Source of the DNA: Nemertoderma westbladi | Lineage: Eukaryota; Animalia; Xenacoelomorpha | Assembly (NCBI GenBank): GCA_032718475.1 | Contig: JAUCBJ010009120.1 | Location: 41,909-105,908 of the forward strand | Length of the DNA stretch: 64,000 bases | Reading direction: 5' to 3' | In this document: in pieces, positions 53,000 to 64,000 of the stretch | Layout: the number at the start of each line of letters is the position of its first letter | Position numbering within the stretch: position 1 is the stretch's first letter | Translations under genes and position numbers: made by a program | Notes under the pieces: model-generated | Told to the model about the DNA's origin: nothing | The model's input: only the letters and a program-made list of their open reading frames with translations | The model's database searches: none

Positions 53000-55705
53000 T
53001 CACCACCCCGCATCGTGTTCTTTTAGGTATTGGGTGTTGAGTGTTGGTCTGTCTCTTTTAATATAGAATTTCTCCGCTAATTTACGTTCTGTCCAGTCTT
53101 TACATATGCGCTTAATTTGTACTGTAAATGGGTTGGTGTAATTAGTATTCCCCGGGTGTTTATCTACGTAGTGCTCCCCTATAGCTTCCTTTCTATTCCC
53201 TTGCCTCACGGAGTTCTTATGTCTGTTAATCCTTTCGCGGAGGGGCCCTACAGTTTCTCCAATATAATTCTCTACGTGTTGGGTGCAAGCCGTGCACCTA
53301 ATCTCATAGACAGCGTTCCTCACTGTACACTTTGTTACGCCGTTGTTACACGTGTAACAGATAGTTCCGGCAGTAGACGGACACCTCTCGGGTTGAAGGC
53401 TGGATCTGATTAGAAGCTGGCGGAGTTTAGTGCCAGGTGTACATACCAACCTTGCCGAGCTTCCTATTGGGGAGTTCCTAATAGCGCGTTCCACACCCCG
53501 TTTCAATCCTTCGTTAAAAAATGGTAAAACTAATGGAACTTTATTGTCCAGGGTTCTAGAAGTGGTATTCCTGTTATTATGTACTCTACCCATTTCTTCA
53601 TTACGTATAAGTGCATTAATTATATATGGGGGGTAGTCGTTATTACTGAGCATATTATATATTTTATCCAAACTGCGCCCTCTGCCTTCTACTGTAGAGC
53701 TATTGCGTATAGCTCGCTTAACTGCGGAACGTGCGGTGGCTGTAATAATGGTGCGTGGGTGGCTACTATTATAGTTAAGTATAATCCCAGCATTAGTGGG
53801 TTTAATGTATAATTCAAAATCAATAGAACCATGGCTATTAACACTTGTAAGGACATCCAGAAACGGAAGGCTAGAGTAGGACTTTTCTAGTGTATATTTA
53901 ATGGTGGGGTGGCAACTATTCAAATATTCTAAAAATAGCACCAGTTCGTCCTCCCCATGCGGCCATATCGCCCATCCATCATCATAAAATCTAAACCAAC
54001 ATTTAACAGACAATTGGTAGTTCCCCAAATATTCGGTTTCTTTGACATGAATAAATATTACGGCAAATGGTGCAGCCAATCTGTTACCCATTCCCAGGCC
54101 GTCTTTTTGCTTATAGAATTTACTGTTAAATTGAAAAAATGTGAATTTTAAACTAAGTTGTAAAAGCCCATAAAACTCCGGAATCTCGAGTCCGAACATA
54201 TTGATATCGTATTGATGTTTCTTAACAAAACTGGTCACTACGTCGATGCCGTCTTGAACCGGTATGTTGGTGTACATCGATACGATATCTGTACTAAAAA
54301 TAATATCACCGGGATCTAGCTTAGGTAGATTATTAACACGATGCATAAAATCTTGAGTATTTTTAAGCCTCTCGGGTATAAACTGCAGGACCTGGGTCAG
54401 GATCCGACTGATAAACCACGCCGGTTTCTCGGCCGCAGAACCGGTGCCGGATGAGATTGGTCGCATCGGTTGTCCGGGTTTGTGTGTTTTGGGGTTTCCG
54501 TAAAGTTCGGGAACTCTCGGATGCGAAGACTTAAGGATAACAGCGAGTCCGGTTTGTTCGGGACGTACCATTGTACTCTTTATGCCCGCATTGATATGCA
54601 GTCTAGCCTGCGGATTTGGGTTGCGTTTTATGGATTCGTAGGCGTCGGTGTCCGCTAATATATCGGAATTTACTTTCGAAATGTATGTCGTCCGGTCCAT
54701 AATGGCAAAACCACCACTTTTGTCACCCTTTTTAATAATAAACTCCTTCGATTTCTGTAATTCCTTAAGTGCGCGTTGCTCGCTACGGGTTAGATTAGGT
54801 TTCGGAATGTGTGTTGTTTGCTTATGTTGCAGGAACACTGCTAGTACCCTGGATTTAAGTTCGTCGATGTCCCGTTCAGCGTGTGGAGATGCTGCCGGGG
54901 CCTTGAATTGAACGGTGTCTGTAAAGGGAATCTTCCCCAAACCTCCTTGGGTAGGCGGTTCGATCGTGGGGGTGGTGTCTGCCGGTGTTGCGGGTGTCCG
55001 TCGATGTGCGTCTGCAGATATCCGCCGTTCTTTGTGATCGAGACCCCATCGTAGGCCGTGGGCGAATCGTTCGATCGCGATCTCAATGTCCGCTAGAGCG
55101 TCAGAGTTCAACTCTCTTGGGGTAGCGAACTGTGGTCCCTTACTTAGTAAACTGTAGGTGCCTTCCGGTAGAGGAGCACTTGTTAGGACGCTAACGCGGT
55201 CTGCTAAATCCGTCTGCGTTGGTCCCGCCGGGGTTGCGGTCGTGTTGGGTGCTGTGTGGGGTTTCAGGTGTGCGAGTTTAAATGTGTGTCTACGTAGTGT
55301 TGCTTTCTGCGTTACTTCATCGATCCTAGTATAGTACGATTGCATTTCCGTGGTTATCGACGCGGGTAGGTGAAAATCCTCGATTGTGTCTCGGAGGAAG
55401 TGTTTGTGTTCCTCAAGTTTGTGTAGTCTGGCGTGTACCGCGCTGACTGCGGTGGCTAGGGCGCGCCGTTTGAAGTTCCAGACGACACGTCGGAAACCGG
55501 GATGCGCTATACCGATACTAATAGATTTCTCGATAAAGCGGGGGAATTTGCGTTGGTGCTGACAGGTCATCAGGAATTGTCTGTGTAGTAGGTTTCTAGT
55601 GAGTTTCTCGGTAGTTAGACACATACCAATTAGGGCGTACCGCTGATCGTGCGGGAGGGATAAACGTCTAAGATAATTCATCGCCCAGGTTACGGGAGCA
55701 ATCAT
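53000..55705 (-). CDS. Intact Penelope RT + GIY-YIG endonuclease polyprotein (901 aa)
   Basis: KGDKSG, LYGNPKTHK, PMRPI, DIVSMYTNIP, GLGMG, RFYDD, LPFLDV; C-terminal Cys motif, VYEI...YIGET, R...H, E...I...P.LN. Confidence 0.96.
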   Translation of the reverse strand: MIAPVTWAMNYLRRLSLPHDQRYALIGMCLTTEKLTRNLLHRQFLMTCQHQRKFPRFIEKSISIGIAHPGFRRVVWNFKRRALATAVSAVHARLHKLEEHKHFLRDTIEDFHLPASITTEMQSYYTRIDEVTQKATLRRHTFKLAHLKPHTAPNTTATPAGPTQTDLADRVSVLTSAPLPEGTYSLLSKGPQFATPRELNSDALADIEIAIERFAHGLRWGLDHKERRISADAHRRTPATPADTTPTIEPPTQGGLGKIPFTDTVQFKAPAASPHAERDIDELKSRVLAVFLQHKQTTHIPKPNLTRSEQRALKELQKSKEFIIKKGDKSGGFAIMDRTTYISKVNSDILADTDAYESIKRNPNPQARLHINAGIKSTMVRPEQTGLAVILKSSHPRVPELYGNPKTHKPGQPMRPISSGTGSAAEKPAWFISRILTQVLQFIPERLKNTQDFMHRVNNLPKLDPGDIIFSTDIVSMYTNIPVQDGIDVVTSFVKKHQYDINMFGLEIPEFYGLLQLSLKFTFFQFNSKFYKQKDGLGMGNRLAAPFAVIFIHVKETEYLGNYQLSVKCWFRFYDDGWAIWPHGEDELVLFLEYLNSCHPTIKYTLEKSYSSLPFLDVLTSVNSHGSIDFELYIKPTNAGIILNYNSSHPRTIITATARSAVKRAIRNSSTVEGRGRSLDKIYNMLSNNDYPPYIINALIRNEEMGRVHNNRNTTSRTLDNKVPLVLPFFNEGLKRGVERAIRNSPIGSSARLVCTPGTKLRQLLIRSSLQPERCPSTAGTICYTCNNGVTKCTVRNAVYEIRCTACTQHVENYIGETVGPLRERINRHKNSVRQGNRKEAIGEHYVDKHPGNTNYTNPFTVQIKRICKDWTERKLAEKFYIKRDRPTLNTQYLKEHDAGW

Positions 55706-55755
55706 AGTTATATAAGTTGAATGTGGTCTATATCACGTAATCGGTATATAATAAT

Positions 55756-55799
55756 ACTAATGCTATATTTCAGCCAACAGGCCTTTATCAAGCAGTAAT
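55756..55799 (-). ncRNA. Second identical copy of the candidate hammerhead, just upstream of the intact ORF
   Basis: Same sequence at +2964, about 50 nt upstream of the ATG at 55705. Confidence 0.72.
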
Positions 55800-55963
55800 C
55801 AAATATGGGTCTAACCGGTAAGGATACTAGAAACTATACTACTGAAAACTATACTACTGACAACTACTGCACCAATGACAAAAATACTGCTACCGGTAGG
55901 TATCTAGGTTGCACCTACCCCCCCCCCCCCCCCCCCCCCCTACTACTGTATAAAAGTTAATTT

Positions 55964-58120
55964 TCACCACCCCGCATCGTGTTCTTTTAGGTATTGGGTG
56001 TTGAGTGTTGGTCTGTCTCTTTTAATATAGAATTTCTCCGCTAATTTACGTTCTGTCCAGTCTTTACATATGCGCTTAATTTGTACTGTAAATGGGTTGG
56101 TGTAATTAGTATTCCCCGGGTGTTTATCTACGTAGTGCTCCCCTATAGCTTCCTTTCTATTCCCTTGCCTCACGGAGTTCTTATGTCTGTTAATCCTTTC
56201 GCGGAGGGGCCCTACAGTTTCTCCAATATAATTCTCTACGTGTTGGGTGCAAGCCGTGCACCTAATCTCATAGACAGCGTTCCTCACTGTACACTTTGTT
56301 ACGCCGTTGTTACACGTGTAACAGATAGTTCCGGCAGTAGACGGACACCTCTCGGGTTGAAGGCTGGATCTGATTAGAAGCTGGCGGAGTTTAGTGCCAG
56401 GTGTACATACCAACCTTGCCGAGCTTCCTATTGGGGAGTTCCTAATAGCGCGTTCCACACCCCGTTTCAATCCTTCGTTAAAAAATGGTAAAACTAATGG
56501 AACTTTATTGTCCAGGGTTCTAGAAGTGGTATTCCTGTTATTATGTACTCTACCCATTTCTTCATTACGTATAAGTGCATTAATTATATATGGGGGGTAG
56601 TCGTTATTACTGAGCATATTATATATTTTATCCAAACTGCGCCCTCTGCCTTCTACTGTAGAGCTATTGCGTATAGCTCGCTTAACTGCGGAACGTGCGG
56701 TGGCTGTAATAATGGTGCGTGGGTGGCTACTATTATAGTTAAGTATAATCCCAGCATTAGTGGGTTTAATGTATAATTCAAAATCAATAGAACCATGGCT
56801 ATTAACACTTGTAAGGACATCCAGAAACGGAAGGCTAGAGTAGGACTTTTCTAGTGTATATTTAATGGTGGGGTGGCAACTATTCAAATATTCTAAAAAT
56901 AGCACCAGTTCGTCCTCCCCATGCGGCCATATCGCCCATCCATCATCATAAAATCTAAACCAACATTTAACAGACAAATGGTAGTTCCCCAAATATTCGG
57001 TTTCTTTGACATGAATAAATATTACGGCAAATGGTGCAGCCAATCTGTTACCCATTCCCAGGCCGTCTTTTTGCTTATAGAATTTACTGTTAAATTGAAA
57101 AAATGTGAATTTTAAACTAAGTTGTAAAAGCCCATAAAACTCCGGAATCTCGAGTCCGAACATATTGATATCGTATTGATGTTTCTTAACAAAACTGGTC
57201 ACTACGTCGATGCCGTCTTGAACCGGTATGTTGGTGTACATCGATACGATATCTGTACTAAAAATAATATCACCGGGATCTAGCTTAGGTAGATTATTAA
57301 CACGATGCATAAAATCTTGAGTATTTTTAAGCCTCTCGGGTATAAACTGCAGTACCTGGGTCAGGATCCGACTGATAAACCACGCCGGTTTCTCGGCCGC
57401 AGAACCGGTGCTGGATGAGATTGGTCGCATCGGTTGTCCGGGTTTGTGTGTTTTGGGGTTTCCGTAAAGTTCGGGAACTCTCGGATGCGAAGACTTAAGG
57501 ATAACAGCGAGTCCGGTTTGTTCGGGACGTACCATTGTACTCTTTATGCCCGCATTGATATGCAGTCTAGCCTGCGGATTTGGGTTGCGTTTTATGGATT
57601 CGTAGGCGTCGGTGTCCGCTAATATATCGGAATTTACTTTCGAAATGTATGTCGTCCGGTCCATAATGGCAAAACCACCACTTTTGTCGCCCTTTTTAAT
57701 AATAAACTCCTTCGATTTCTGTAATTCCTTAAGTGCGCGTTGCTCGCTACGGGTTAGATTAGGTTTCGGAATGTGTGTTGTTTGCTTATGTTGCAGGAAC
57801 ACTGCTAGTACCCTGGATTTAAGTTCGTCGATGTCCCGTTCAGCGTGTGGAGATGCTGCCGGGGCCTTGAATTGAACGGTGTCTGTAAAGGGAATCTTCC
57901 CCAAACCTCCTTGGGTAGGCGGTTCGATCGTGGGGGTGGTGTCTGCCGGTGTTGCGGGTGTCCGTCGATGTGCGTCTGCAGATATCCGCCGTTCTTTGTG
58001 ATCGAGACCCCATCGTAGGCCGTGGGCGAATCGTTCGATCGCGATCTCAATGTCCGCTAGAGCGTCAGAGTTCAACTCTCTTGGGGTAGCGAACTGTGGT
58101 CCCTTACTTAGTAAACTGTA
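55964..58120 (-). pseudogene. 5'-truncated second copy of the Penelope ORF
   Basis: Nearly identical protein (G/S and Q/H differences) lacking about 180 N-terminal residues. Confidence 0.93.
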
Positions 58121-61100
58121 TTACATTGAATAGTGTTCCTAAGAGTCATTGGAAGTGGCTGAACTGGTTACATTGAATAGTGTTCCTAAGAGTCAGAGGG
58201 AGTTGCTAAACTGGCTACATTGAATAGTGTTCCTAAGAGTCAGTGGAAGTGGCTGAACTGGTTACATTGAATAGTGTTCCTAAGAGTCAGTGGAAGTGGC
58301 TGAACTGGCTACATTGAATAGTGTTCCTAAGAGTCAGTGGAAGTGGCTGAACTGGCTACATTGAATAGTGTTCCTAAGAGTCAGTGGAAGTGGCTGAACT
58401 GGTTACATTGAATAGTGTTCCTAAGAGTCAGTGGAAGTGGCTGAACTGGCTACATTGAATAGTGTTCCTAAGAGTCAGTGGAAGTGGCTGAACTGGCTAC
58501 ATTGAATAGTGTTCCTAAGAGTCAGTGGAAGTGGCTGAACTGGCTACATTGAATAGTGTTCCTAAGAGTCAGTGGAAGTGGCTGAACTGGCTACATTGAA
58601 TAGTGTTCCTAAGAGTCAGTGGAAGTGGCTGAACTGGCTACATTGAATAGTGTTCCTAAGAGTCAGTGGAAGTGGCTGAACTGGCTACATTGAATAGTGT
58701 TCCTAAGAGTCAGTGGAAGTGGCTGAACTGGCTACATTGAATAGTGTTCCTAAGAGTCAGTGGAAGTGGCTGAACTGGTTACATTGAATAGTGTTCCTAA
58801 GAGTCAGTGGAAGTGGCTGAACTGGCTACATTGAATAGTGTTCCTAAGAGTCAGTGGAAGTGGCTGAACTGGTTACATTGAATAGTGTTCCTAAGAGTCA
58901 GTGGAAGTGGCTGAACTGGTTACATTGAATAGTGTTCCTAAGAGTCAGTGGAAGTGGCTGAACTGGCTACATTGAATAGTGTTCCTAAGAGTCAGTGGAA
59001 GTGGCTGAACTGGCTACATTGAATAGTGTTCCTAAGAGTCAGTGGAAGTGGCTGAACTGGTTACATTGAATAGTGTTCCTAAGAGTCAGTGGAAGTGGCT
59101 GAACTGGTTACATTGAATAGTGTTCCTAAGAGTCAGTGGAAGTGGCTGAACTGGCTACATTGAATAGTGTTCCTAAGAGTCAGTGGAAGTGGCTGAACTG
59201 GCTACATTGAATAGTGTTCCTAAGAGTCAGTGGAAGTGGCTGAACTGGTTACATTGAATAGTGTTCCTAAGAGTCAGTGGAAGTGGCTGAACTGGCTACA
59301 TTGAATAGTGTTCCTAAGAGTCAGTGGAAGTGGCTGAACTGGTTACATTGAATAGTGTTCCTAAGAGTCAGTGGAAGTGGCTGAACTGGCTACATTGAAT
59401 AGTGTTCCTAAGAGTCAGTGGAAGTGGCTGAACTGGCTACATTGAATAGTGTTCCTAAGAGTCAGTGGAAGTGGCTGAACTGGCTACATTGAATAGTGTT
59501 CCTAAGAGTCAGTGGAAGTGGCTGAACTGGTTACATTGAATAGTGTTCCTAAGAGTCAGTGGAAGTGGCTGAACTGGCTACATTGAATAGTGTTCCTAAG
59601 AGTCAGTGGAAGTGGCTGAACTGGTTACATTGAATAGTGTTCCTAAGAGTCAGTGGAAGTGGCTGAACTGGCTACATTGAATAGTGTTCCTAAGAGTCAG
59701 TGGAAGTGGCTGAACTGGTTACATTGAATAGTGTTCCTAAGAGTCAGTGGAAGTGGCTGAACTGGCTACATTGAATAGTGTTCCTAAGAGTCAGTGGAAG
59801 TGGCTGAACTGGCTACATTGAATAGTGTTCCTAAGAGTCAGTGGAAGTGGCTGAACTGGCTACATTGAATAGTGTTCCTAAGAGTCAGTGGAAGTGGCTG
59901 AACTGGCTACATTGAATAGTGTTCCTAAGAGTCAGTGGAAGTGGCTGAACTGGCTACATTGAATAGTGTTCCTAAGAGTCAGTGGAAGTGGCTGAACTGG
60001 TTACATTGAATAGTGTTCCTAAGAGTCAGTGGAAGTGGCTGAACTGGTTACATTGAATAGTGTTCCTAAGAGTCAGTGGAAGTGGCTGAACTGGCTACAT
60101 TGAATAGTGTTCCTAAGAGTCAGTGGAAGTGGCTGAACTGGTTACATTGAATAGTGTTCCTAAGAGTCAGTGGAAGTGGCTGAACTGGCTACATTGAATA
60201 GTGTTCCTAAGAGTCAGTGGAAGTGGCTGAACTGGCTACATTGAATAGTGTTCCTAAGAGTCAGTGGAAGTGGCTGAACTGGCTACATTGAATAGTGTTC
60301 CTAAGAGTCAGTGGGAGTGGCTGAACTGGCTACATTGAATAGTGTTCCTAAGAGTCAGTGGAAGTGGCTGAACTGGCTACATTGAATAGTGTTCCTAAGA
60401 GTCAGTGGAAGTGGCTGAACTGGTTACATTGAATAGTGTTCCTAAGAGTCAGTGGAAGTGGCTGAACTGGCTACATTGAATAGTGTTCCTAAGAGTCAGT
60501 GGAAGTGGCTGAACTGGCTACATTGAATAGTGTTCCTAAGAGTCAGTGGAAGTGGCTGAACTGGCTACATTGAATAGTGTTCCTAAGAGTCAGTGGAAGT
60601 GGCTGAACTGGTTACATTGAATAGTGTTCCTAAGAGTCAGTGGAAGTGGCTGAACTGGTTACATTGAATAGTGTTCCTAAGAGTCAGTGGAAGTGGCTGA
60701 ACTGGCTACATTGAATAGTGTTCCTAAGAGTCAGTGGAAGTGGCTGAACTGGCTACATTGAATAGTGTTCCTAAGAGTCAGTGGAAGTGGCTGAACTGGT
60801 TACATTGAATAGTGTTCCTAAGAGTCAGTGGAAGTGGCTGAACTGGCTACATTGAATAGTGTTCCTAAGAGTCAGTGGAAGTGGCTGAACTGGCTACATT
60901 GAATAGTGTTCCTAAGAGTCAGTGGAAGTGGCTGAACTGGCTACATTGAATAGTGTTCCTAAGAGTCAGTGGAAGTGGCTGAACTGGTTACATTGAATAG
61001 TGTTCCTAAGAGTCAGTGGAAGTGGCTGAACTGGTTACATTGAATAGTGTTCCTAAGAGTCAGTGGAAGTGGCTGAACTGGTTACATTGAATAGTGTTCC

Positions 61101-64000
61101 TAAGAGTCAGTGGAAGTGGCTGAACTGGCTACATTGAATAGTGTTCCTAAGAGTCAGTGGAAGTGGCTGAACTGGCTACATTGAATAGTGTTCCTAAGAG
61201 TCAGTGGAAGTGGCTGAACTGGTTACATTGAATAGTGTTCCTAAGAGTCAGTGGAAGTGGCTGAACTGGTTACATTGAATAGTGTTCCTAAGAGTCAGTG
61301 GAAGTGGCTGAACTGGTTACATTGAATAGTGTTCCTAAGAGTCAGTGGAAGTGGCTGAACTGGCTACATTGAATAGTGTTCCTAAGAGTCAGTGGAAGTG
61401 GCTGAACTGGTTACATTGAATAGTGTTCCTAAGAGTCAGTGGAAGTGGCTGAACTGGCTACATTGAATAGTGTTCCTAAGAGTCAGTGGAAGTGGCTGAA
61501 CTGGCTACATTGAATAGTGTTCCTAAGAGTCAGTGGAAGTGGCTGAACTGGCTACATTGAATAGTGTTCCTAAGAGTCAGTGGAAGTGGCTGAACTGGCT
61601 ACATTGAATAGTGTTCCTAAGAGTCAGTGGAAGTGGCTGAACTGGTTACATTGAATAGTGTTCCTAAGAGTCAGTGGAAGTGGCTGAACTGGTTACATTG
61701 AATAGTGTTCCTAAGAGTCAGTGGAAGTGGCTGAACTGGTTACATTGAATAGTGTTCCTAAGAGTCAGTGGAAGTGGCTGAACTGGCTACATTGAATAGT
61801 GTTCCTAAGAGTCAGTGGAAGTGGCTGAACTGGTTACATTGAATAGTGTTCCTAAGAGTCAGTGGAAGTGGCTGAACTGGCTACATTGAATAGTGTTCCT
61901 AAGAGTCAGTGGAAGTGGCTGAACTGGCTACATTGAATAGTGTTCCTAAGAGTCAGTGGAAGTGGCTGAACTGGTTACATTGAATAGTGTTCCTAAGAGT
62001 CAGTGGAAGTGGCTGAACTGGTTACATTGAATAGTGTTCCTAAGAGTCAGTGGAAGTGGCTGAACTGGCTACATTGAATAGTGTTCCTAAGAGTCAGTGG
62101 AAGTGGCTGAACTGGTTACATTGAATAGTGTTCCTAAGAGTCAGTGGAAGTGGCTGAACTGGTTACATTGAATAGTGTTCCTAAGAGTCAGTGGAAGTGG
62201 CTGAACTGGCTACATTGAATAGTGTTCCTAAGAGTCAGTGGAAGTGGCTGAACTGGTTACATTGAATAGTGTTCCTAAGAGTCAGTGGAAGTGGCTGAAC
62301 TGGTTACATTGAATAGTGTTCCTAAGAGTCAGTGGAAGTGGCTGAACTGGTTACATTGAATAGTGTTCCTAAGAGTCAGTGGAAGTGGCTGAACTGGCTA
62401 CATTGAATAGTGTTCCTAAGAGTCAGTGGAAGTGGCTGAACTGGCTACATTGAATAGTGTTCCTAAGAGTCAGTGGAAGTGGCTGAACTGGCTACATTGA
62501 ATAGTGTTCCTAAGAGTCAGTGGAAGTGGCTGAACTGGTTACATTGAATAGTGTTCCTAAGAGTCAGTGGAAGTGGCTGAACTGGTTACATTGAATAGTG
62601 TTCCTAAGAGTCAGTGGGAGTGGCTGAACTGGCTACATTGAATAGTGTTCCTAAGAGTCAGTGGAAGTGGCTGAACTGGCTACATTGAATAGTGTTCCTA
62701 AGAGTCAGTGGGAGTGGCTGAACTGGCTACATTGAATAGTGTTCCTAAGAGTCAGTGGAAGTGGCTGAACTGGCTACATTGAATAGTGTTCCTAAGAGTC
62801 AGTGGAAGTGGCTGAACTGGTTACATTGAATAGTGTTCCTAAGAGTCAGTGGAAGTGGCTGAACTGGTTACATTGAATAGTGTTCCTAAGAGTCAGTGGA
62901 AGTGGCTGAACTGGTTACATTGAATAGTGTTCCTAAGAGTCAGAGGGAGTGGCTGAACTGGTTACATTGAATAGTGTTCCTAAGAGTCAGTGGAAGTGGC
63001 TGAACTGGTTACATTGAATAGTGTTCCTAAGAGTCAGTGGAAGTGGCTGAACTGGTTACATTGAATAGTGTTCCTAAGAGTCAGTGGGAGTGGCTGAACT
63101 GGTTACATTGAATAGTGTTCCTAAGAGTCAGTGGGAGTGGCTGAACTGGTTACATTGAATAGTGTTCCTAAGAGTCAGTGGGAGTGGCTGAACTGGTTAC
63201 ATTGAATAGTGTTCCTAAGAGTCAGTGGAAGTGGCTGAACTGGTTACATTGAATAGTGTTCCTAAGAGTCAGAGGGAGTGGCTGAACTGGTTACATTGAA
63301 TAGTGTTCCTAAGAGTCAGTGGAAGTGGCTGAACTGGTTACATTGAATAGTGTTCCTAAGAGTCAGTGGAAGTGGCTGAACTGGTTACATTGAATAGTGT
63401 TCCTAAGAGTCAGTGGAAGTGGCTGAACTGGTTACATTGAATAGTGTTCCTAAGAGTCAGTGGAAGTGGCTGAACTGGCTACATTGAATAGTGTTCCTAA
63501 GAGTCAGTGGAAGTGGCTGAACTGGCTACATTGAATAGTGTTCCTAAGAGTCAGTGGAAGTGGCTGAACTGGTTACATTGAATAGTGTTCCTAAGAGTCA
63601 GTGGAAGTGGCTGAACTGGCTACATTGAATAGTGTTCCTAAGAGTCAGTGGAAGTGGCTGAACTGGCTACATTGAATAGTGTTCCTAAGAGTCAGAGGGA
63701 GTGGCTAAACTGGCTACATTGAATAGTGTTCCTAAGAGTCAGTGGAAGTGGCTGAACTGGTTACATTGAATAGTGTTCCTAAGAGTCAGTGGAAGTGGCT
63801 GAACTGGTTACATTGAATAGTGTTCCTAAGAGTCAGAGGAAGTGGCTGAACTGGTTACATTGAATAGTGTTCCTAAGAGTCAGTGGGAGTGGCTGAACTG
63901 GCTACATTGAATAGTGTTCCTAAGAGTCAGTGGAAGTGGCTGAACTGGCTACATTGAATAGTGTTCCTAAGAGTCAGAGGGAGTGGCTGAACTGGTTACA
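58121..64000. repeat. 47-bp satellite, about 125 visible units (YTACATTGAATAGTGTTCCTAAGAGTCAGTGGAAGTGGCTGAACTGG); runs off the right edge
   Basis: Period 47, highly homogeneous, with one common C/T variant. Confidence 0.99.

Larger units (their letters stand above)
52703..58120 (-). mobile_element. Penelope-like retroelement, partial tandem (one full unit plus a 5'-truncated upstream unit; period 2964 bp)
   Basis: 52703-55156 is repeated at 55667-58120. The left end is in an AT-rich site; the right end is fused to the 47-bp satellite. Confidence 0.96.

Noticed and set aside
53117-58050. Many small plus-strand and off-frame ORFs over the Penelope units
   Set aside because: Shadows of the RT ORF, duplicated along with the tandem.

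Overview
Eukaryotic (invertebrate-like, AT-rich) genomic window with no bacterial features. 1-21174 is a roughly 730-unit array of a 29-bp repeat (one 100-N gap) inside an intron of a LIV-1/SLC39A zinc transporter, whose last two exons follow at 21302-21757. The main finding is that the repeat unit is the gene's own exon end plus splice donor: CAT GAG CTT CCT CAC GAG TTA G|GTGAGTC reads HELPHEL-G|GT, and it joins the next exon in phase to give HELPHELGDFAVLL. The middle of the window has an intronless ATP6AP2 gene, a polycystin-1-like gene that may lack its ectodomain, RTE-type LINE fragments, several non-autonomous DNA transposons (one nested in a copy of itself) and a SINE split by a piggyBac-like element. 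The right end has a young tandem Penelope-like retroelement with candidate U3-A8 minimal hammerhead ribozymes, abutting a 47-bp satellite that may also be exon-derived. All calls were made by eye from the sequence and ORF track; no searches were run.
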